Shown: positions 54,410 to 64,000 of the stretch, in pieces
How positions within the stretch are numbered: position 1 is the first letter of the stretch
How the letters are laid out: the number at the start of each line of letters is the position of its first letter
NCBI RefSeq assembly: GCF_964188315.1
Contig: NC_135659.1
Coordinates: 72,726,001 to 72,790,000 of the forward strand
Direction of reading: 5' to 3'
Length of the DNA stretch: 64,000 nt
From: Podarcis muralis
Taxonomy: Eukaryota
Made by a program: the position numbers and the translations under genes
Notes under the pieces: model-generated
What the model was told of the DNA's origin: nothing
What the model saw: only the letters and a program-made list of their open reading frames with translations
The model's database searches: none

Positions 54410-56613
54410 CCCTAGAGCAAAAGTGACTTAACCTGTAGGTCTGTTGATGTTGTAAGACTACAACTCCCATCATCCCTCATCACTGGCCATACTGACTGAG
54501 ACTGGACAGCCATGTGTTTACCACCCCATCCCTGAGGGAAAAGAATTGTGCTTTACAGTCCTGACCTGGAACCATTGCCAGAACCTGTATGTTATGCCCA
54601 CTTTACAGCTGTGCAATTTGCTTCCTCTTGGAGCACAAGAAGTTTTCCCCCTCCTGTTCTGTGAAGGGGAGAACCAGAGACTCTGTAATTCAAGCTCACA
54701 CTGCTTCTCTTACGCCCCAGGAAGATAGATAGCCCAAGGAATTTGTTCCTGAATTACACAGCCAGGTTCCTGCTGAGAAGTTATTGACAACCAAGGCATC
54801 ACTATGGGGATTAGCTGGTACTGGAAAATGCTTTGAAATGGAATTGATGTGATGAAAAATGCAACTTCCCTTGCTGCTAATGTTGGGTTGGAGGTTTTGT
54901 TTTTCGTCAGTTTTTTGGGCAGTAAAATTCTATGCCATGGAAGAAACGGGTGTTGGATCAAACTCTCACTTCAGAAAGCCTGCAAAAGATAAAAGCAAGC
55001 CTGTGCTAAATTACATGGGGCTAATTAGCAAGATCACTGTAAGAAAATTGAAATGCATCTTCTTTCCTCAGCTTTGTACACATACACAGGGGAGAGAACT
55101 TAGCTCCGTGGTAGAAAACATGCTCTGTAGGCAGGAGGTTCCAGGTTCATTTGAAGAGGGGGTTCTATTTAGTTAAATTGTCTTATGTAGCAGAGCTGCA
55201 GAAGGTGATCTCTGTTTTAGACCTTGGTGGGTTGACTTCACAGCTGAGCAGCTTCCCCAACCTGTTGCTACCTTCCTCTTTTGAACTACAACGCTCACCA
55301 GCCCCCCTCCCCAATTGTAGGAGGGCACCAGACTGGTGAACAGACACTAGTGACTTTTGACATAGATTCCATTGAGCACATGGATTGATAATATGGACAG
55401 ATTAGCTACAGACAAACGAATTGCATGTTGATGCAAAATAAGAATGGATAAATATGAAGAAATCTGGAATGAATATTTAAGTGATAAGGTGGATAGTGGT
55501 GAGAAGTAGAAGGGGGAGAGAGAGGTGGGAAAATATTGTTTAAAAAGGTGTAGGCATACGTATATCAGTGTATCCAAATCTGAATTGTCAAATTGTGTTA
55601 TTACTGTTATTATGGTTTTTGTTGTATGTGTCTTTTGTGGTTAATGTTTGTATCGAAAAATTGATTAAATAAATTTTAATTTTTTAATTTTTTTTTAAAA
55701 TAGTGACTTTTGACATTAACCCAGAGGCAGAAGATGCCTTGCCTACCAGCCCTCTGTCCAAGCACAGCCTCCCTGTAACCCATTCCAGAAGCTGCTTCAT
55801 CCTTTTGGCTGAGCAGAGCAATGATATCAGGTATAGCCTGGAGTTGAAGAAGACGGCGGGATTTTCTCTTCCCATTCCCTCTTTCCCCACAACACTGATA
55901 AACCTGAAGCTGTAGAAATGCAGCATGCAAGTTACCCATGTGAGATGATCAAAAGGCAGCAAGAGCTGAGCCAAGTCAGCCAAGGCTGTGGAAATCAGTC
56001 CAGTAGAGGGATGACCTTATTGGGGAAAGCAGCCCAGAACCATCTCATTACATTGCAATAATGAGATAGCAGCAGTTTGCATGGGACATCAAACCAGAGA
56101 ACTGCCAGATTAAACCTCTTTCTGGAAACTAATCATAACTGCTAGAGAAGCTAAGAATATAGTTTCACTTGGACATGGGGCCCCATGAACAGTTCTTTAA
56201 AAAGCTCTTTTCATATGTTATATGACTGCATGGTGGGATGGCAGTGGTGGTGATGAACAGGCTTGTCCTTCATACATAATGAGAGAGTAGTGCTGTTTCA
56301 TGCAAAAAGCCTTCCAACTCCAAAACAAATCACACAGGCTGGTCCATTAGGGATCATAGGGCATTGCCCCACCAACCACAGTTTTGCCTTTAGTCAGCCT
56401 TCCACCAGCCTTCATTTTCACACACAGCCCAGAGGGCAGCATCACCCATCTGCTTTCTCCTCCTCAGTCTCAGCACTGCCATTGTTGAACACTGCAGAGA
56501 GGAGCATGGGGACAATGGTAAAATTAATTGGCTCTGTTTGTCACAGGAGATGGAGTGGACTGAGCATAAAGGAAAGCAGGATGGAAGTGAGTGGCAGAGA
56601 TATTGTGGTATGC

Positions 56614-56776
56614 GAAGGACCCGTAGTGCAGTGGTAGAGCATCTGTCTTCCACTCAGAAGGTCCCAGGTTCAATTCTTGGTGTCTCCAAGTAGGGCTGCG
56701 AATGTCACTTGCCCCAAACCCTGGAGTGTAACTGCCTGTAGAGCAGACAATACTGAGCTAGATGAACCAATACTGG
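56614..56776 (+). mobile_element. tRNA-derived squamate SINE (Squam3-like)
   Basis: gtagtgcagtggtagagcatctg (A box)...aggtcccaggttcaattc (B box)...aaaccctggag...acaatactgagctagatg. Confidence 0.75.
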
Positions 56777-57689
56777 TTTTCCTTCTGGGGATACTTAAAG
56801 CACAGCATTTAATATATGGATGTATATGTAACTCACTGTGAGCCCTTGTGTTAGGCAGCCTATAAATCTATGCTCCCTTTGGTTTTATATATAATATACC
56901 TCTATATTCTATGTCACATTTAATGGGCTTTAATTTTGCCTTTCATCTTGGTATCAAGTTTATTACGTGTGTTAACCTGATTGTTCTTTACCACTTGCCA
57001 TAACTTGATTTCTACACCTGCTTGCAAAAGAAAGAAAAATGCATTTGATTAGAGCGTGGACAGGGGTCCTCCTGATTCAAATGTACAGATTGCCCCTTTA
57101 TGTGGCTCGGAATTTAATGCTATTCAAATTGGAGGTGAAGCTTTTACTTAATAAGCAAGCAGGGGAGAGATCGCCTCCCCTCCCATGGCGCCAGCAAACA
57201 ATATGTTTGTTCCCACACCCTGCCTCTCCATCAGCATTAACTTCTTTGCCATCTTCCATTCGGCACGTTGCTGAAGCAAATGAAAGCGCTGGCTGGCAGC
57301 ACAGATCATTCCCATTCATCACTGCCTGCTAAGATGATGCTGTTGTCTCTGGCGACAATACAGGGGCACAAACCCAATTAGGAAGCTCATAGACTCGCAA
57401 ATGCAAACGCATTGTGTGCCTCCTGGTCTATTCAGCTCTAAAGAGCAACCCTGATACTTTCCCTTTGGCTTTTTCCTGACTAATGCTAATCCTGCCTCCA
57501 CTTATATTATTACTTAGGATTTCTACTGCTCTTTCCCCAAGGCCACCATATCATAATGCGTTATCTCATTAGACCTCGCAACAGCCCTGTAAGAGATGGC
57601 ACAGAGTCGCATCCCCATTTTACAGGAGTCCCCATTTGTTTACTGACTGCAGTGGGAGCAGCAGTGTTGCACCAGCTGGTCACATCCCT

Positions 57690-57816
57690 GAGGGCCATAG
57701 CTCTGGGTCACAGAACATGCAGAAGGTCCCAGAATCAATTCTTGGCATCTCCAAGGAGGGCTGGGAAAAACTGCTGCTTGAAACCTTGGAGAGCTGCTGT
57801 CTGTCAGTGTAGACTA
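57690..57816 (+). mobile_element. tRNA-derived squamate SINE (Squam3-like), degraded
   Basis: catgcagaaggtcccaga...gcatctccaaggagggctggg...gtcagtgtagac. Confidence 0.65.
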
Positions 57817-60800
57817 GGAATGGGGCACCCCAGGCCTGGTAGCTGAATGTGGCCCTCCAGACCTCTCTATTCGGCCCTTGTGGGACTCCCAGGCCACACC
57901 CCTCACCCTCCTCAAGGGTTTTTGCCTGGTTGGGATATGACCTTGAGCTCGCATGATGCCTCTTGCTTGTTTCATTGGAGGAAAGAGAGGAATGTGCGAG
58001 TGTGTATAGAAAGCAGCTATTACATCTTCCTCCTCCCTCCACCTCTGGCTTTTAGGCCCTGGAAAACCGCCCCGGACAGAACACAGCCTTGGACAAGGGA
58101 TGGGGGAGAAATTCAAACCAGTTTGTGTTTAAAGGTGAATCGATCATTCGCCCCTTCCGAAACAATATGAGAACACAAATGCAGCCGTCCTTCGAAATTC
58201 AGAGCTGTCAGGATTTTGTGGTGGTTCTCCAGTGTTTACAAAAATGCATATATTAGGTAATTTTAAAAAGTGCATACAAATGAACGCATTAGTGAAAACA
58301 ACATACAAACATGTATTATATTAGGAGGCATCGCTTGCAAAAAAAAATGCACACACAGAAAAGGTATTTATTAGGGAAAATGCACACTAAAATGGTGAAG
58401 AAGCTTCATGAGGATTTTTATTAAATAATAATAATTGCAAACTGCTGTAACAAGAACTAGATATCAGATTGGAAAAATGAGAAACTGGGAGATGTGGAAA
58501 TGGGCTGGAAAAGGCTCTGCACTTCTGGTGTTGATCATCCCGAACCAGATGGGCCAATAGTTTGGCTTCATGTAAGTCACCTTCCTAGCCTGCATGAAGC
58601 TCAGGGCCAGCCAGGCTGCATGGTGTATAGAACAGCTTAATGGCAAGTAAGGCTGGATGGGTGGGGGGAATGGATTGCTGCCATTACTGACCAACATTTA
58701 ATCATGGCAGAGTGCTGGGTCCACAGCAAAGTTGGCATGATCTGGAAAGAAGATGTCTGCATCCATTACAGCTAAAGTGTTACAGGAGCACCGGTGTCCC
58801 CCTTTCAAAGAAAAGGAAAGAAGGAAGACCTGTATAAAAGTATTTTATTTTTAGGCCACTGCAAGCCAGGCATCAATTTGCTTTTCTTTCAGCTAAAAAC
58901 TCGGCTCAGAGCCAGCATTGGTACTTGAAGATACAGCTATTTAATCTGAACAGTCCTCCTGATGGACTGACACTGGCTGTTCTCTGTGTCCTTGTATTTC
59001 CTTGTACGGTTCTCTCTTTTAACAAGCAGACTGCAACCCCTCTTTTGTCTCTATTAAACAGAAGAACAACGCAAATAAATCTGCAGTGGGCTGAGAAAGT
59101 GCTGCTCTTAGGAAGAGGTGATATACATTTGCAATTAAAGTGCGGCTCTGGATTACTCCCTGGAAAATAGGAAGCAAGGCCACACAAGGTCTCCTAGGAT
59201 TTGTGCAGAGCAGACACATTTAGAAGAACCAGGCTAATCTGAAGCAGGGTGGCTAGGAAGCAAGGAGAGGACACAAGAAACTCAGCTTCTCCAGAGGGTG
59301 GGAGAAACTTGGGAAGGCCTCTGTCAGGGGAGAGTGCCATGGGCAGAGTGGCTTCATAATGTCTTCCCCTGGGATTTAATTTAAAGTGTGGGAAGACAGG
59401 AAGGCTGCAGAGATACTTTTAGAATAAAAGCAAGGATGTCCAAAAATACTCCTTGGCCATCACAAGAGTAAAGCAAGCATGACAAAACCCCTGGATCTCA
59501 TTCCTGAATATTTCACTGAAATTTTCCCTCCCCCTTGATAATTTCTGAATGTCATTTCTTTTCTTGTTAGTTGGTGGAGAATGGTTAAAAAAGAAACAAC
59601 GCACAGGATACATTGTTTTTGCACAGCACTGGTTTAAACAAACTAGACACACAGAAGCTCACACACATCTCCTTGGCATGTTGATTTAGATCTGGAGAAC
59701 ATCCCACCACAGTGTAACTTAGTTTTAAACTCAGCGCCAAGATTTGCTGCTATTAAGAGAGGAACTGGAACAAGCAATGTGTGCTCAAAGGCTTAAAATG
59801 TTGCCTTGCTTCGCAAGCCCAAAATCTGCTTCATAAATAAATAGTGGGAAGCTCTGTCAAGAGAACTGAGTCTATTTGTCATTTTCATTATCTGAGCTAA
59901 GACAATGTCATCCCTCACCTGAGGTTTCAGAGCTAACATGGATCCCATGCAGCAGGTCAAGTTAATGCATCCTTTCCTTTCCTTTCTAGCATTCTTCCTT
60001 TGCGTGTTAATTCAGCAAATGCCTGGTCACAAACCAACCCAAATGTGTGGGAAAGAAAGAATTGGCAGGAGGAAGGGATGCTTTGGTCCTGCTGTGCCTG
60101 CCAAGTAACCCATTGCATCTGAGGCTCTGCCCCCCCCAAATTGGGAGTATGATGAAAACAGGAAAAGTGGGTATTGGCAGAGGAGAATTAGCTGTTTTGC
60201 TTCTTTTTTTCAATTCATATTCCTCTCTTCCTTCCAAAGGTGCCCAGGGTAACAACTCACCAGTCATTATTGGGGCTGTGCACCGGATCTGGCTGAGTGT
60301 CAACCCAAATCAGGCCTATTCTGAGCGACTAGGATGTTCAATGAGTTGGGTTCAGATAGCCATGGATCGCTATGAGTTGGGTGGTTCACACTGATCCGTA
60401 GCTGTCAGGGGTAAGGGCATAAAGAAGGGCGAGAGATAGGAAGGGCAGAAAATCCTTCAAAAAAGCCCAAGACCTATCTCTGATTGTTTCATGCATCTTC
60501 CAGGAAGCGGAAGGGCCAACTCCCAGCCTGCCTGAAGCCTCCTTCTCCAGCATTTACCCTCTCCACTCAAGAGCTGTTCATTGGAGGAATTGATCCTACA
60601 GGGATGCTGGTGATGGTCCACAGATGATTTTGCTTTAGGAGCATCACCTACTCAGGATTAACCCCCATCACCCACACAGGATAGATCCCTCTGCTCATGG
60701 AGCATCATCCACATCCTGTGGATGTGTGACCACATCCAGAGGACTGACCCCTCTGCTGAACAGCGGCATTGATATGAGGGAGAAGGAGGGGGCATCTCAG

Positions 60801-63800
60801 CACCCTTGGTCTTGGCTGGGATTGGGAATGGACCTCTGGTCTCAGTTCCCAGCTATATGTTTGATTAACATTTTAAAACCCCAATTAAACATTATTGCTG
60901 CCCCCAAATTTATTCAGGGGGTTGGATCTAGGGCAGGGTGGTAGTCCCCAGATCAACTCAGGGCAGGGTGACCTGATGTGTCAACCAAGATCTCAAGAGC
61001 TGCCAAGAACAGTGACTCCCAGTCATCAAATGCTATAAAATCTGACAACTGCTGCCAGTAAGAGTAGACAACAGATTAGCCACCTACCTTTCAGAGCAGG
61101 TACAGAGAGAGAGAGAGAGATGAAACAGAGTCGCCACTGCTCAGAGATGCTGTGATGGATTTCCTGCATTGGACGGGTCAGGGGGTTGGATTAGAAGACC
61201 TTTGAGATCCCTCCTAACTTTCATTCGGGGCTAGAAAGGCCAATGATGCGAGCAGGTATGTATCATGTTCATCACTGCCCCAAACGAACTGTGTGGGACT
61301 GTGGCACAGCTTTACCTTGCTGAAACTACCCTGATGATATGTTAATCTGGTGTGTTTCATTATCTCTCTGGGGAGAGACACACTGAACAGCAAGAGTGTC
61401 AGAATAAGAAAGCCCCAGGGAGCACCTGAAAGGATGGCCCTTAGGGTGACTGAACACTTGCTTTTTTATCCATGAATAGGTTTACACCTCAGCAGAGTTA
61501 ACATCAGTGTTTCTTTTTCTCCTTTTCCTCCTTCTCCTCCTCTATTTGCCAAGTTTTCTGCCCTTTAAACTTTTACATTGTTAACATGCAGGAGGAAAAT
61601 GCCTTAAGGGACGATGTTCATTTTGTCTAATCAATGTGTTTGCTTACAAACAGAGAATTCAAATACGGGCATCGTTTTCTCAAGGAGCATTTTAACTTGG
61701 TGCCATTTTCTTTGCCGGGGGAGGGGGAGAAAGGATTTGCTCATTTGCTTATTTGTTTTAGCTGCCGTTCAAATCTTCTTAATTAAAATGAACTTTGATA
61801 TGCTAACTAGATGTGATTTTCATTTAAAATTTGCAAATTATTTACAAAAAATGTTTGCAATAATTTTCATAATCTTGCACCAATGAGATATTAGCCATCT
61901 GCCAGGTGCAAATCCATCGTGTGATGAGGAGCTAATCAGAGCTGTTAGCCCACAGGAAGACTTTGGCAGGGAGTAAATTGTCTACCAGCTAATTATTCTC
62001 ATAGGAGGTTTGTTGGCTCATAATGAACGTTGATTGCATATTACAATTTGACATCCTATTCCACACCACAACTCTGTAGGACTGAGTAGAAGATTTCCAA
62101 TGTATCTACTTCCTGTTTCACTTCCTGTCACTTCCTGTATTTTTGTGCTATCTCTCTTGTTATGAGAAGCTTTAGGCACCTGTCTGAAGGCAAGCAGTTA
62201 GGCTAGTCCTATACTTATTTGCTTTTTCATATGGTATAGCTGTTTCTTCATTGGTCTAATCTTGACAAGTGATTATGGGGAAGGTTGTAGCAAAACGTAC
62301 CCAGTACTCAGTTGCACAAGTAATGGTCATGAACCTGAGAAAACTACACGTGAGGGCAATCGTCATTGTTCAAGTACATAGAATCATAGAATTGCAGAGT
62401 TAGAAGCAGTCGGTGTGTAGTTATGCATGCGGTCAATGTGTAAAGCCAAGATTTTTGTCTACCATTTCTGTTACTTAGATTTGCTTGCTGGCTACCATTT
62501 ATGCAAGAAGGGACTGAGCACAGTGTTGAAATCAGCATACCAAACTTGTGGAATGCCACAAATGTGATGCTAGATAGATCAATACGCCGTCTTTCCACCT
62601 CAAATGGCCCTCAAAGCAGATTACAACAACAACAAAAAATGCCATAAAGCACCAATACAGTTAAGATTTCATAGGTGGCCATGATCAGGCGGAAACTCAA
62701 GAGCATTGTGTTCAACATGGGGCTACCTTTCCCTGAGGAACAGTACATGGACCTCATCCTGCCAAAGTGCTTGGATTAGTGCAGTGGGCCACAAGAGTAC
62801 TTTGACATGGAACCTGTGGACCACACATTGTCATGTCATGTGGTGGGGGGGGGGCTGCACGGGGGCAGCAGGGAGTGAGGCCAAAATCTGACACCCACAC
62901 CCACACCCACACACCAGCCCTCACACTGCCTTTCCAAAGCCAGCTAAGCTAGGAAGTAGGTGTGAGGCTCTGGCAGGATCCTAGAGCCTTCCTACCTCCT
63001 TCTGAAAGCTGGGAAAGCACTAACTAGAATTTGGGAAGGAGGGAGGAAGCCTCTAGGACCCTACCAGAGCCCTCACTACTCCTTCCCAAAGCCCAGCGCT
63101 TTGCTTATGCAGCTTTGGAAGGCAGCGTGAAGGCGGGGGTGATGTCAAATGGTGCAGAGGGCCACCAAAAAGTCCTTGAGGGCTGCATGTTGAACTACCC
63201 AGGATTAGTGCATAGACCAGTCGAGGACTAGGCTGTGCATGGTTCCTGCTGGAGTTTTCCAAGTCCTAGATCACTGGAAAGGGCTGTATTTCCCAAGGCT
63301 AGACAGCTCATCCCACTTCCTTAACAAATCCTCACTGACTGCTCTGGGAGCTTTGCAAACTGTGCATGTCTACAAATTACCAGGAAGCACTGGGCACTCC
63401 CTGCTAGTTTAACATAAAAACAAAATACATTTTAAACGTTCAAAAGCAATCACATATCCGCACACTTACTAATTTCAAGGTTGCCACGGCCAGTCTCTCT
63501 CAGTCGTGAAATCTGGAAGTACCAAGGAATTGTTTTTAAAATGATTTAAAAATTGCTTTACAATTTATTTATACTAGCAGTTATACTAGATTAGGCTATA
63601 TTGCAAGTTGCTTTGGGAAGGCTGCCTTCCTTGAGAAACAGGGCATCAATAAATATAAAGAAATAAAACAAGCCAATTAATCAAGCACAATTGGAAACTA
63701 CAAAATTTAAAGCTGCTAGTAGCAACAAAGAGATAAAACGGCAAGTTCAAGGACCATAAAAGGCTTGGTGTTTTCACTGAGCACCTAAAAAATGACAGTT

Positions 63801-64000
63801 TAGGCCTGATAAATCTTCATTGGGAGGCAGTTCCGTAAAAGCGGAGAAGCCACTGCTCTGTGCTTAGCTGTGAAAACTTCACTTCTTATGCAGACAGATA
63901 CTGTTGACCAGGAATTGTTCAAATCTCAGTAAGAGTGATGTTGTTCTATTTGACACAAAATTCATAGTTAGGAGATATTTCTCATGAGTTCTTGTTTCAC

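Noticed and set aside
34899-57816. tRNA-like A/B box sequences (e.g. 35100-35146, 39040-39120, 45466-45540, 55088-55150, 56614-56690) as tRNA genes
   Set aside because: They are heads of SINEs continuing into SINE bodies; no complete cloverleaf could be folded by eye.
37700-64000. Search for RALY or any further coding exon downstream of CHMP4B
   Set aside because: Several isolated AG/GT sites were examined (e.g. 45977, 47797, 55831), but none gave an open, recognisable frame. RALY is expected further right.

Overview
Vertebrate genomic DNA from a squamate reptile, most likely a lacertid lizard, judged from Sauria SINEs, tRNA-derived SINEs and Penelope-like repeats. It covers the conserved amniote synteny block PXMP4 (minus strand, coding exon 1 only, gene runs off the left edge), ZNF341 (plus strand, complete, 15 coding exons, 2529 nt CDS, 842 aa) and CHMP4B (plus strand, complete, 5 coding exons, 678 nt CDS, 225 aa). 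About 28 kb follows with no recognisable coding exon; it is dense in SINEs, L2/CR1/RTE fragments and TA-flanked MITEs and contains several candidate enhancers. All exon boundaries were placed by hand from GT-AG sites and frame continuity. The most interesting observations are: a pair of ZNF341-type binding motifs in ZNF341's own intron 1, suggesting conserved autoregulation; a 1.09 kb Tc1/mariner-type element carrying CpG-rich cargo in CHMP4B intron 1; a decayed Penelope hammerhead ribozyme between the PXMP4 and ZNF341 promoters; an RTE LINE together with a short element sharing its 3' tail; and covarying 3' hairpins across Sauria SINE subfamilies. There is one 134-N assembly gap (23800-23933). 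No prokaryotic-type systems are present. Repeat family names come from recalled sequence patterns and were not verified against a database.
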